Source: an uncultured Candidatus Melainabacteria bacterium
Lineage (GTDB): Bacteria; Cyanobacteriota; Vampirovibrionia; Gastranaerophilales; Gastranaerophilaceae
Direction of reading: 5' to 3'
Length of the DNA: 64,000 bases
Assembly (NCBI GenBank): GCA_934693235.1
Contig: CAKUUY010000009.1
Coordinates: forward strand, 1,688-65,687
In this document: piece after piece, positions 53,145 to 62,271 of the stretch
How positions within the stretch are numbered: position 1 is the stretch's first letter
Layout: each line of letters starts with the position of its first letter
Notes under the pieces: model-generated
Told to the model about the DNA's origin: nothing
What the model saw: only the letters and a program-made list of their open reading frames with translations
Databases searched by the model: none
Position numbers and translations under genes: made by a program

Positions 53145-53378
53145 GTCCTGCGCGGACGGCGGAAACTTTTTGTGTAAAAAGTTTCACAAAACCAGCCACA
53201 CGCTCCATTCACTAATAACTTGTAAGCTCAACCTGAAAACAGCCAAACTCGCGCTATAGAACTAAATCGGGAACTGTTATCAAAAAACTCAGGCGCTCAG
53301 ACAAAGGCTGTTTTTTGTTATTTGTTTCGCTAACGAGTTATTGTTCATTCTGCTATCGTGGCAATTTGACTTCGTAAT
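53145..53378. mobile_element. MITE-like / structured element, copy B (inverted relative to copy A; one TIR present, AT-rich arm absent, ~39-bp internal insertion)
   Basis: gtggcaatttgacttcgtaat (53358-53378) matches copy A left TIR 20/21; long shared blocks such as gagcgtgtggctgg and ctttttacacaaaaagtt in reverse complement; hairpin 53162-53185. Confidence 0.7.
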
Positions 53379-53563
53379 CTGTGGTTTTGGTAGAGTAGCT
53401 GTTATTGTATCAAAAAAAATGTGTTGTAAATTATTAAATCGGGAAATTTGAACCGCGCAATCTGTAAAATATAAAAATTAAAATTTAACAATTGTACACA
53501 TATTAGCAATTATTTTTGTTGAGCAGTGTTAGGACATGCAGGTTAACAACAATGAAAGGGAAA

Positions 53564-54658
53564 ATGATGCTTACTCAGGGAATTACTCCAAATTTTGCGA
53601 CAAATAATGTTCAATTAAAAAATAATAATGTAAAAAATAGTGTTAGTTTTAAAGGTGCAATCGGCGACAAATTTGTTCGAGAAATGGTTTCAGGAAACGA
53701 TGTCGAAGTCTCAAAAATGATGGAGACTGTTAAAGGGACATTTGGTCTTAAATCAGAAAAAGTTTCTGATGTTTTTGAATCTTTAACTCAAAAAATAACA
53801 TCATTACTTTCTGAAAATAGAGAGCAAAAAGCTATTATTAATGCTCAAGCAGATAAAATTGCTGAATTTCCTAAAAAAGAACAAAATTCTGTTTTTGAGG
53901 CAGTTGATTCTGTAAGAAAATCCATGAGTGAAACTTTGAGTAAAACAAAAGCAGAATTAGCGGAGAAAAAAGTAGAAATTGAACAATTGCAAAAATATAA
54001 AGGAATGGCAAGTGTTAAGTCTGTGGAAGAAGTTGACAGTTTAATGCCGGATCAAATTATTAAATTGTTAGCAGAAATGCGTTGCAAAAAAGAAGCTTCA
54101 TTAGATAGTATGCATAATTTCTTGCTAAATGGTAAGGGGCAAGAAGAGGCTCTTGCTCAAATAGAAAGAAATAATCAGCTTTTAAATGCAGCTAGAGATG
54201 GAATGTTTAATATTCCGGAATTAAAAAAAACACAAGAAGAAAATCAAAAACTTGGTTTGTGGATACAAAATCCTGTTAGCTTTGCAGAAGGGTTGATTTC
54301 AAAGGCTTTAGAGGGAAGTAAAGAAGGGCAATATTTAGAAAGTACTGCTATGTCTTTTCAAATTAAAAAGAATGCAAAAGCTATTTTGAGTCCATTGGTT
54401 GATGGTAAATATGAAACTTATTCTGACAAAGATCTTGATGTTTTGCTAGACAAATTGTTTGATGGTATAAAAAATTTCCATAGAAACTTTGCAAAAGGTC
54501 AAGAACATTTGACCAAAGAAGGCTACGTTTCAGAAGCAATTCACACTGTAAAATATGATAATGTACACTCTACAATTACGTACAAAGACAAAGGCGGTGA
54601 AAAAAGAGTATTTTCTTTTTACCAAATATCAAATATTGGAGAAGCTCGCAATCGTTAA
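53564..54658 (+). CDS. Hypothetical coiled-coil protein with N-terminal PNFATN...SFKG motif
   Basis: AAGGGA SD before ATG 53564 (track ORF starts at TTG 53516); MMLTQGITPNFATNNVQLKNNNVKNSVSFKG...; helical remainder. Confidence 0.55.
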   Translation: MMLTQGITPNFATNNVQLKNNNVKNSVSFKGAIGDKFVREMVSGNDVEVSKMMETVKGTFGLKSEKVSDVFESLTQKITSLLSENREQKAIINAQADKIAEFPKKEQNSVFEAVDSVRKSMSETLSKTKAELAEKKVEIEQLQKYKGMASVKSVEEVDSLMPDQIIKLLAEMRCKKEASLDSMHNFLLNGKGQEEALAQIERNNQLLNAARDGMFNIPELKKTQEENQKLGLWIQNPVSFAEGLISKALEGSKEGQYLESTAMSFQIKKNAKAILSPLVDGKYETYSDKDLDVLLDKLFDGIKNFHRNFAKGQEHLTKEGYVSEAIHTVKYDNVHSTITYKDKGGEKRVFSFYQISNIGEARNR

Positions 54659-54733
54659 TAAGATAAATTGCTAAGAATAATACTTTGAAAAAATTAAATA
54701 ATTCTCTTTACAAATAGTAAAATTCAACCCTTG

Positions 54734-54771
54734 TGTAGATTTATGTATTATAATAGTAGTTGTAGATTTAT
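54734..54771 (+). promoter_or_regulatory. Two 11-bp direct repeats TGTAGATTTAT flanking a TATAAT box upstream of murC
   Basis: 54734-54744 and 54761-54771; tataat at 54749-54754. Confidence 0.4.
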
Positions 54772-54788
54772 AAATAAGGGATAGAACT

Positions 54789-56168
54789 TTGAATAATAAA
54801 AAATACTATTTTATCGCAATTGGCGGTGTTGGAATGAGTGGGCTTGCAAAGTATTTATTAGAAAACGGATGCGATGTTTCAGGCTCAGATATTGTAGATA
54901 GCAAATATATTGATAAATTAAGAAAATTAGGCGCAAAAATTTTTATCGGACAAAAAAAAGAAAATGTTCCGTCCGATGCGGTTGTTGTTGCAAGTACTGC
55001 GATTAGAGAAACTAATCCGGAAATGGTTAGAGCACGTGAACTTGGTTTGAAAGTTTACCACCGCTCTGATATTTTAGCTGAAATTTCCAAATGGGGAAAA
55101 TTCTTCCTAGGATATTCCGGAACACATGGAAAAACAACTACTAGCGGGCTTTCTTCTTATGTCCTTGAAAAAGCAGGGTTAAAACCGTCTTATGTTGTTG
55201 GTGGTATTATTCCTGAAATCGGGAATAATGCACATTCTCAAGACGGCAAATTCTTCTGTGCTGAACTTGATGAAAGCGATGGCACAATTGTTAAATATAC
55301 CCCAAATATTTGTGTAGTAAATAATTTAGAACCAGATCATCTCGATTTTTACAAAGATGGTTTGAAATCGATTCTTGCCACTTTTGAAAAATTCATCTCT
55401 AATATGGACGAAAAATCAATTGTTTTAGTAAATAAGGATTGTGAAGCAACAATGTCTTTGCATAGTCACAAAACTATGACTTTTGGCCTTTCAGACGCTA
55501 ATTATGTGGCTAAAAATATTGAATTCAATGCGGATTGTACAACTTTTGATATTTATTACAAGGGTGAATTTTTAACTGATTTGAAAATTATTTTACGTGG
55601 TAAGCACAATGTTTACAATGCCTTGTCCGTTCTTGCAAGTTTGCATCAAGCAGGTGTTGATATTAATCTTGTAAAACCGCATTTTGCAACATTTTCGGGT
55701 ATGGGAAGGCGCTTCCAAAAAGTGGGAGAATTTGACGGCGTAACTATATTTGATGATTATGCTCATCACCCAACAGAAGTTAAGGCTACCCTTTCTTCTG
55801 CAGAAGGAATGCGTGGAAAGCACATTATTGCTGTATTCCAGCCACACAGGTATACTAGATTGAAAAATCTTTGGAATGAATTTTTGGATGCGTTTTCAGG
55901 TGTTGATAAAGTTGTTATAACAGACGTATATGCTGCGTCAGAAGACCCGATTGACGGTGTAAATTCCGGAAAATTTGCACAGGATTTGAGCAACCACATA
56001 TCAATTCCTTGTGAGTATATGAGTGGTTCAATAGCAGATGTTGCAAAAAAGCTTTATCCAGAACTTAAAAAAGATGACGTTGTAATCGGTTTGGGTGCCG
56101 GAACAATTACTAACTTGTCAAAAGAATTGATGAATGCAAGAAGTGAGGCTGTCGGTGTTGCAAACTGA
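54789..56168 (+). CDS. murC: UDP-N-acetylmuramate--L-alanine ligase
   Basis: YFIAIGGVGMSGLA, GTHGKTTTS, DDYAHHP motifs; TTG start. Confidence 0.92.
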   Translation: MNNKKYYFIAIGGVGMSGLAKYLLENGCDVSGSDIVDSKYIDKLRKLGAKIFIGQKKENVPSDAVVVASTAIRETNPEMVRARELGLKVYHRSDILAEISKWGKFFLGYSGTHGKTTTSGLSSYVLEKAGLKPSYVVGGIIPEIGNNAHSQDGKFFCAELDESDGTIVKYTPNICVVNNLEPDHLDFYKDGLKSILATFEKFISNMDEKSIVLVNKDCEATMSLHSHKTMTFGLSDANYVAKNIEFNADCTTFDIYYKGEFLTDLKIILRGKHNVYNALSVLASLHQAGVDINLVKPHFATFSGMGRRFQKVGEFDGVTIFDDYAHHPTEVKATLSSAEGMRGKHIIAVFQPHRYTRLKNLWNEFLDAFSGVDKVVITDVYAASEDPIDGVNSGKFAQDLSNHISIPCEYMSGSIADVAKKLYPELKKDDVVIGLGAGTITNLSKELMNARSEAVGVAN

Positions 56169-57048
56169 TTTTGATATAAAAAAGTCAACAACAATGAAAA
56201 TTGGTGGTAAAATTGCAAGATTCTATTCCCCTGAAACAATAGATGAATTTGTGCAGATTATGCAAAAAGAGCCAAATGCTTTTGTTGCGGGTAATTTATC
56301 AAATGTTATAGTTTCGTCTTTTGGTTACGGCGGAGCGATAATTTCTACAAAAAAACTTTCTAGTATTGGTATTGATGGAAATAAAATTATTGCAGGTGCC
56401 GGAGTTCGCGGAACAAAGTTGTCAAAAATCGCACTGGAAAACGGATTGAGCGGCATGGAATTTATGATCGCTTTCCCCGGCTCAATTGGTGGTGAAGTGT
56501 TTATGAATGCTGGAGCGCATGGACAGGATGTTTCTTCAATTTTGAAATCTGCAAAAATTTATTCGCCGGAAAAAGGTTTGATTGAACTGTCAAATGAGGA
56601 ATTTGAATTTGGTTACAGAACGTCAATTTGTCAACGCCAAAATTATTCTGTTTTAGAAGCTGAGTTTGAATTGATTCCAAAATCTAAAGACGAGATTCAA
56701 GTTAAAATGGATGAAAATTTGTCATTTCGAAAAGCTAAACAGCCCGATTTAACTTTGCCTAATTGTGGAAGTACTTTCCGTAATCCTCAAGGGGATTCAG
56801 CAGGTAGATTGTTAGAAGCTGTTGGGGCAAAAGGATTAAAATTCGGAGGAATGAAAGTTTGGGAAAATCACGCAAACTTTATTGTAAATACAGGCGATGC
56901 AACATCTCTTGATGCTTTGCAGCTGATGTTTGAAATGTATAAAAGGGTAAAAGAAAAATTTAATATTGAATTAAAGCCTGAAGTAATATTTTTAGGCGAA
57001 AATAATAAAGAAGAGGTTGAAATATGCAAAATATTGTATCAAAAGTAG
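56134..57048 (+). CDS. murB: UDP-N-acetylenolpyruvoylglucosamine reductase
   Basis: TTMKIGG, GAGVRG, FPGSIGGEVFMNAGAHG, GSTFRNP motifs; true start probably GTG/TTG 56155-56158. Confidence 0.9.
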   Translation: MQEVRLSVLQTDFDIKKSTTMKIGGKIARFYSPETIDEFVQIMQKEPNAFVAGNLSNVIVSSFGYGGAIISTKKLSSIGIDGNKIIAGAGVRGTKLSKIALENGLSGMEFMIAFPGSIGGEVFMNAGAHGQDVSSILKSAKIYSPEKGLIELSNEEFEFGYRTSICQRQNYSVLEAEFELIPKSKDEIQVKMDENLSFRKAKQPDLTLPNCGSTFRNPQGDSAGRLLEAVGAKGLKFGGMKVWENHANFIVNTGDATSLDALQLMFEMYKRVKEKFNIELKPEVIFLGENNKEEVEICKILYQK

Positions 57049-57974
57049 ATAAAAATGCGAAAATTGCTGTACTTTGCGGAGGTATGTCGTCTGAAGCAGA
57101 AGTTTCAATGAGATCAGGAAAAGGTTGCTATGATGCGTTACAAAGGCTTGGTTATAAAAATTCTGAACTTGTAGTTGTGGATAAAGATATTGCCAGTAAA
57201 CTAAAAGCCGGAAATTATGATTATGCATTCAATGCTCTTCATGGAAAATATGGCGAAGATGGTTGTATTCAGGGTGTTTTGGAAATTTTACAAATCCCTT
57301 ATACCGGTTGTGGCGTTATGTCTAGTTCAGTTTGTATGAACAAAGAATATACAAAAAGAATTCTTTCAACTTGTAAAGATATTCCGTTGATTAAATCTGT
57401 TTTTGTTCAAAAAGGAGATGATGTTGTTGAAAAAACAAAAGATTTACAGTATCCATTGATTACAAAACCTGTTTGTGAGGGCTCAAGTTTTGGTATGACA
57501 AAGGTCAACACTCCAGATGAACTTGAAAGTGCATATAAAGATGCTATTAAATATAATGATGATGTTTTGATTGAAGAATATCTTGTCGGAAAAGCAGCAA
57601 CAGTTGGTGTTTTAGGTGACGGTAAAGATAGAACGGTTACAGAAATTCTAGAAATGAGACCAAAACACGAATGGTATGATTATGAATGCAAGTACACAAA
57701 AGGTATGACGGAATTTGTTCTTCCAGCTGAGATTTCAGAAGATATGACAAAAAGAGTTAAAGAAATTGCACTGAAAGCTTTTGAAGTTGCAGGTTGTTCC
57801 GGGGTTTCCAGAGTTGATTTTCATATTGTAGATGATATTCCTTATGTTTTGGAGATTAATACAAGCCCCGGTATGACAGAAACAAGCGATTTGCCGGCTC
57901 AGGCTGCGGTTATGGGAATTGATTACGATACTCTTGTACAAATAATTTTAAACAGCGTAGGTTTAAACAAATAG
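57024..57974 (+). CDS. ddl: D-alanine--D-alanine ligase
   Basis: IAVLCGGMSSEAEVS, HGKYGEDG, ATP-grasp EEYL.G, EINTSPGMT motifs. Confidence 0.93.
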   Translation: MQNIVSKVDKNAKIAVLCGGMSSEAEVSMRSGKGCYDALQRLGYKNSELVVVDKDIASKLKAGNYDYAFNALHGKYGEDGCIQGVLEILQIPYTGCGVMSSSVCMNKEYTKRILSTCKDIPLIKSVFVQKGDDVVEKTKDLQYPLITKPVCEGSSFGMTKVNTPDELESAYKDAIKYNDDVLIEEYLVGKAATVGVLGDGKDRTVTEILEMRPKHEWYDYECKYTKGMTEFVLPAEISEDMTKRVKEIALKAFEVAGCSGVSRVDFHIVDDIPYVLEINTSPGMTETSDLPAQAAVMGIDYDTLVQIILNSVGLNK

Positions 57975-58901
57975 ATGGATGAACTTAATCAAAACGAAAA
58001 TATAAATAATGGCTTTCAAGAAATTCGTGTTGAATCGGTTAATTATTCGGAAATTATTGATGAAGAGCCGATTACAGACGGGAAACATCTTGTAAAGAAA
58101 AAGCGTCGTGAACGTCTCGTACGTAAAGGGAGAATGAAACAAGAACGTTTTAGAGCCTTTGTAAGGTTTTTCTTATCAATATTTTTTATTGTCGGGTTAG
58201 GCTACGCCCTGAAAGCTCCTGGTTGGTATATGGATAAAAATGCGTTTAACTACGTCGGTGGGAATTCCGTAGAGATTATAAACAATAATATTGTTCCATC
58301 TCACAGAATTTTGGCATTATTAAAAACAAGTAACGTGCCGAATGTCCCGATTTATATGGCTAGAACCGGAGCAATAAAGAAAAATCTTATGAAACTTGCA
58401 CCTGTTGAAGATGTTTATATCAGACGATATGCTTTTCCTGCAAGAATTCAAATAATTTTGAAAGAGAGAATTCCTGCAATGTTGATTGCTCCGGATGAAA
58501 AGTCGCAACCGATTGCTTTTTTTACAACGGATGGAAAACTTATCGGTAGAGAATTTTTACCTTTAAAAAAACAATATAATACTATAAAAGTATTGTCTTA
58601 TGGGAATAAAGGTGATGATTATCATAAGTGGAACCTAGATAAAATTCATGAACTTGAAAAAATAAAAAATTATGTTGAAACGTATTCAAAAGAGCCTGTA
58701 GAGTACATTGATTTGAGAAATCCAAATGACGTTTTTGTAAAAATCAAGACAGTAAATATTCGATTAGGAAAGATTGATGAAACGGTTTACAAGCGAATTG
58801 AACGTATTCCGTCTATATTACCTCAGGTTAAAATGGTTGATTCTAAGGTTAAGTACTTGGATTTGAGTTGGGAAAAAGTTAATTATTTAAAATTAAAATA
58901 A
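57975..58901 (+). CDS. ftsQ: Cell-division protein FtsQ/DivIB (POTRA)
   Basis: Follows ddl; basic cytoplasmic tail, single TM (FFLSIFFIVGLGYAL), POTRA-like region. Confidence 0.7.
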   Translation: MDELNQNENINNGFQEIRVESVNYSEIIDEEPITDGKHLVKKKRRERLVRKGRMKQERFRAFVRFFLSIFFIVGLGYALKAPGWYMDKNAFNYVGGNSVEIINNNIVPSHRILALLKTSNVPNVPIYMARTGAIKKNLMKLAPVEDVYIRRYAFPARIQIILKERIPAMLIAPDEKSQPIAFFTTDGKLIGREFLPLKKQYNTIKVLSYGNKGDDYHKWNLDKIHELEKIKNYVETYSKEPVEYIDLRNPNDVFVKIKTVNIRLGKIDETVYKRIERIPSILPQVKMVDSKVKYLDLSWEKVNYLKLK

Positions 58902-58911
58902 GGTGGAAATT

Positions 58912-60315
58912 ATGAAAGTAGCAGTTGCACAGGTAAGATTAAAAACAGCAGATTTTAAATTTAATTTGGAAAATATTCTAAATAATATCAAATCGGATTG
59001 TGATTTGGTTGTTTTCCCGCAAGTTGACATTGAAGATTTGGGTGGGAAAGATTTGGTTTTTGATGACGGTTGTATGTCTAAACAAGCTGAATTGTACAGA
59101 GAAATTGCAAACAGAAACTTTAAACAAAATATTATCCTTGGCGATATTTTGATAAGAAATGGGGAGGTAGAAGTTTCTGATTATGGAATTTTTGATATTT
59201 GTGGTAAAAAAGTTTTTGTTTCTGATACTTTTATGGAAGATGTTGATTGCGATTTGTATATTTTGGCAAAAAACAGATATTATGCAATGAATACTTACAA
59301 AGAATTTGTTGATGAAATTCACACTCATAGCGATTTTATCTATGTAAATGCGTTAGGTATTGCGGATGAAAATGTTTTTGCAGGTGGAAGTTTTGCTAAA
59401 AATGCAAATAATGAGCTTGTTATGCAAATGCCATTGTGTAGGGAGGATGTTGATACTGTTGATTTTGCGAGAACGATTAATTTTAATGATGAAGAAGTTG
59501 AGTCTCAGGTTTATGATGTTACTACTTTTGCATTGAGTGAGTATTGCGAAAACACAGGGTTTAAAAAAGTTGTATTAGGCTTGTCTGGCGGAATTGACAG
59601 TGCATTGACCGCAGTTTTGGCAGTTGAAGCTGTCGGAAAAGATAATGTTCTAGGGGTTTTGATGCCAAGTATGTTTTCTTCTGAGGGAAGCGTTGTTGAT
59701 AGTTTAAAATTGGCTGAAAATTTAGGAATTAAAACAGTAAAAGAGCCGATTACGCCTTTATTTGATGTTTTTATGTCAGGAAGAGATAGGTTGCATGACT
59801 TGGCGGAAGAGAATTTACAAGCCAGATTAAGAGCTTTGATTTTGATGTTCTACTCTAATCGTGAAAACAGATTGTTGTTGTCTACGGGCAACAAATCTGA
59901 AAGCGCAATGGGATTTGGTACATTATATGGTGACTTGGCTGGTGGTTTTAATATGATATGTGATTTGACAAAAACAAATGTTTATAAATTGTCAAACTAT
60001 ATCAATAGAAATGGTGAAATTATTCCGCAAGAAATTATTGATAAAGCTCCGTCAGCAGAGCTTCACCCCGGACAAAAAGATCAAGATAGATTACCTGAGT
60101 ATGCGGTTTTAGACGATATTATTGAAATGTACCTTGAACAGAATCTTCCGGTTGAAGAAATTTGTAAAAAGTACGATAAATCTCTTGTTGATGAAGTTGT
60201 TAAGAAGATTTACAGAATGCAATTTAAACGTCACCAAGGGTGTTTAGGTGTAAGATTAACAGAGCGTTCTTTCTGCAACGGTGTAAATTTACCGGTTGTT
60301 CAGAGATTTTATTAA
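58912..60315 (+). CDS. nadE: NAD+ synthetase with short, probably degenerate N-terminal CN-hydrolase-like domain
   Basis: AAGGTGG SD before ATG 58912; VLGLSGGIDSALTA PP-loop; N-terminal ~200 aa reads FPQVDIED where CN-hydrolases have the catalytic Glu. Confidence 0.8.
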   Translation: MKVAVAQVRLKTADFKFNLENILNNIKSDCDLVVFPQVDIEDLGGKDLVFDDGCMSKQAELYREIANRNFKQNIILGDILIRNGEVEVSDYGIFDICGKKVFVSDTFMEDVDCDLYILAKNRYYAMNTYKEFVDEIHTHSDFIYVNALGIADENVFAGGSFAKNANNELVMQMPLCREDVDTVDFARTINFNDEEVESQVYDVTTFALSEYCENTGFKKVVLGLSGGIDSALTAVLAVEAVGKDNVLGVLMPSMFSSEGSVVDSLKLAENLGIKTVKEPITPLFDVFMSGRDRLHDLAEENLQARLRALILMFYSNRENRLLLSTGNKSESAMGFGTLYGDLAGGFNMICDLTKTNVYKLSNYINRNGEIIPQEIIDKAPSAELHPGQKDQDRLPEYAVLDDIIEMYLEQNLPVEEICKKYDKSLVDEVVKKIYRMQFKRHQGCLGVRLTERSFCNGVNLPVVQRFY

Positions 60316-60327
60316 TAGATTGATAAA

Positions 60328-60351
60328 ATGGCGGGATAGGTATCCCGCCAT
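60328..60351. terminator. Bidirectional GC-rich hairpin between convergent nadE and PL5
   Basis: atggcgggata-gg-tatcccgccat, A/T runs on both sides. Confidence 0.7.
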
Positions 60352-60362
60352 AATTATTTTAA

Positions 60363-61100
60363 TTAATAATCAAACTTAAATCCGTTTTCCAAAAAGTGCC
60401 CAAAACATCCGTCGTAAGCTCCATTATGTTCATATTTGCACATATCAAAACGGCTATCTCTTATTTCTTTTGGAGAATTCCCTAAATAGATATAACAATA
60501 TTTATTATCTTTTTTGCATTCAGGAGTAACACCTCCCTCGTCTATAGAACCATCATAAAAAATATGCATTGACCATAAATCATAGCCGATTTTGTTTGGT
60601 CCTTTTCGTCCATTAATATCAACATATAATGTTATTGGAGAACAATTAAGACTTTCAATATCTATTACGCTACCATCTGCTAATACAAATTTCCCTGTGT
60701 AATCACTTTTAGCACCAATAGCATAAGAAATTTCTCCATTTTGCATTGCATAATTATCTGCAAAACATCCATCTTCGCATACTTTTACAACTTTTAGATA
60801 TTTTTGTACAAAATTTTCACATGCTTCTTGAGCTTTTGCCTCATTTGCATCATTTTCTTCGTAACTTAAATTACTATTCCAATCATACTCCAACGGAGTA
60901 TTTCTCAAATCATCCACACCTTCATCAGCCATATATTTTTTTACAGCTTGTGACATATTGGAATAGAATTTTTGTGTAGCGACTTCAAGAGACCTTTTTT
61001 GTTGATTTTGTATCAATGTTGGTAGTGTCATCGCTGCTACGACACCGATTATCGCAAGTGTTATTAAAACTTCTGCTAAAGTAAATGCTCTATTTTTCAT
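60363..61100 (-). CDS. Prepilin-type N-terminal domain protein, family member PL5
   Basis: MKNRA|FTLAEVLITLAIIGVVAAMTLP...; VDINGRKGPNKIGYDLWSM; C-terminus LENGFKFDY; AGAGGAG SD before ATG 61100 (track ORF extends to 61130). Confidence 0.85.
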   Translation of the reverse strand: MKNRAFTLAEVLITLAIIGVVAAMTLPTLIQNQQKRSLEVATQKFYSNMSQAVKKYMADEGVDDLRNTPLEYDWNSNLSYEENDANEAKAQEACENFVQKYLKVVKVCEDGCFADNYAMQNGEISYAIGAKSDYTGKFVLADGSVIDIESLNCSPITLYVDINGRKGPNKIGYDLWSMHIFYDGSIDEGGVTPECKKDNKYCYIYLGNSPKEIRDSRFDMCKYEHNGAYDGCFGHFLENGFKFDY

Positions 61101-61147
61101 AAAATCTCCTCTTTGTGTTAATTTTGCCATATTTCATTTTGTTGGTC

Positions 61148-61201
61148 TACGTATCAATAGTACGTATATTTGCCTTTCGCTTACGTATAAACTGTACGTA
61201 T
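61148..61201. promoter_or_regulatory. Four TACGTAT boxes (two pairs) in the PL5/HTH divergent region; candidate operator array
   Basis: TACGTAT at 61148, 61161, 61182, 61195 (spacing 13-21-13); the last overlaps ATG 61200 of the HTH gene. Confidence 0.55.
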
Positions 61202-61406
61202 GAATTTCTACAAGATGTTAGGTAAAAATATTAAGACAAGGCGCAAAGAGCTTGGACTCACTCAACAGGAGCTTGCCGATAAGCTCAATATGAGCCTGAA
61301 TTTTGTAGGAAAAATCGAAGTTGCTTTTTCAAAACCGTCACTTGACACATTAATTGAAATTGCGGATGTGCTTGAAACTACTGTTTCGGACTTAACAAAA
61401 TTTTAA
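61200..61406 (+). CDS. XRE-family helix-turn-helix regulator divergent from PL5
   Basis: 68 aa; LGKNIKTRRKELGLTQQELADKLNMSLNFVGKIE...LDTLIEIADVLETTVSDL. Confidence 0.8.
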   Translation: MNFYKMLGKNIKTRRKELGLTQQELADKLNMSLNFVGKIEVAFSKPSLDTLIEIADVLETTVSDLTKF

Positions 61407-61412
61407 ATCTGC

Positions 61413-61441
61413 TTGCAAATAAAGATTTTACATATTATAAT
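61413..61441 (+). promoter_or_regulatory. Consensus-like promoter of rpmI-rplT (TTGCAA-17-TATAAT)
   Basis: -35 at 61413-61418, 17-nt spacer, -10 at 61436-61441; ~80-nt leader. Confidence 0.6.
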
Positions 61442-61526
61442 CAACTTAACAGAGATTTTATGGCTTTGGTATGCCTAAAATTTCGTAGTAATCGATAAAT
61501 CGTGCAATGCACAGAAAGAGGTTAAA

Positions 61527-61736
61527 ATGCCAAAAATGAAAACACACAAATCTGCTGCTAAACGTTACAAAGTTACTGCAACAGGTAAAATTGTTAGAAG
61601 ACAAGCTGGTATCGGCCACTTACTTCAACACAAGTCTGCTTCTAGAAAACGCAGAATTTTCAAAATGATTTCAATTTCTGATTCACATTTCAAATTGATT
61701 TCAAAAGAGTTACCTTACAGAAAGTATGCAAGATAG
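61527..61736 (+). CDS. rpmI: 50S ribosomal protein L35
   Basis: MPKMKTHKSAAKRYKVTATGKIVRRQAG..H. Confidence 0.92.
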   Translation: MPKMKTHKSAAKRYKVTATGKIVRRQAGIGHLLQHKSASRKRRIFKMISISDSHFKLISKELPYRKYAR

Positions 61737-61747
61737 GAGGCAGGTAA

Positions 61748-62101
61748 ATGAGAGTAAAACGTGGTAATGTATTACGCAAAAGACATAAGAAAATATTAAA
61801 ACTAGCTAAAGGCTTTATCGGCGCAAGAAGCAGAATTTTTAAAGTTGCTAACTGTGCTGTAATGAAAGCTTTGAAATATGCTTACAGAGACAGACGTGCT
61901 ACAAAACGTAACATGCGTAGCTTGTGGATTGTTAGAATCAACGCTGCTGTTAGAGAACGTGGCATGAGCTATTCAAGATTTGTTAACGCTTGCAAAAAAG
62001 CTAACATTACTGTAAACAGAAAAATGTTGGCTGACTTGGCAGTTAGAGATCCGGAAGCTTTCTCAGTAGTTTTTGAAGCTGCTCAAAAAGCTGCAAAATA
62101 G
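61748..62101 (+). CDS. rplT: 50S ribosomal protein L20
   Basis: [27 protein letters not shown]...YAYRDRR..KR..RSLWI.RINAA. Confidence 0.95.
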   Translation: MRVKRGNVLRKRHKKILKLAKGFIGARSRIFKVANCAVMKALKYAYRDRRATKRNMRSLWIVRINAAVRERGMSYSRFVNACKKANITVNRKMLADLAVRDPEAFSVVFEAAQKAAK

Positions 62102-62126
62102 TAAAATATTTTGATAGATGTGTTTG

Positions 62127-62159
62127 AAACAGAGGTTACAGATGTAGCCTCTGTTTTTT
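62127..62159 (+). terminator. Intrinsic terminator after rplT
   Basis: aaacagagg-N12-cctctgttt followed by a T run. Confidence 0.8.
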
Positions 62160-62271
62160 AATATAAACTTTAAAATTCTAAGTTTTAATATTTCTTAATA
62201 AAAAAGTAAATTTTTTTGCCTACAAATACTTTATATATATGTAAGGTTGGTAATAAATTTGGAGAAATCGT

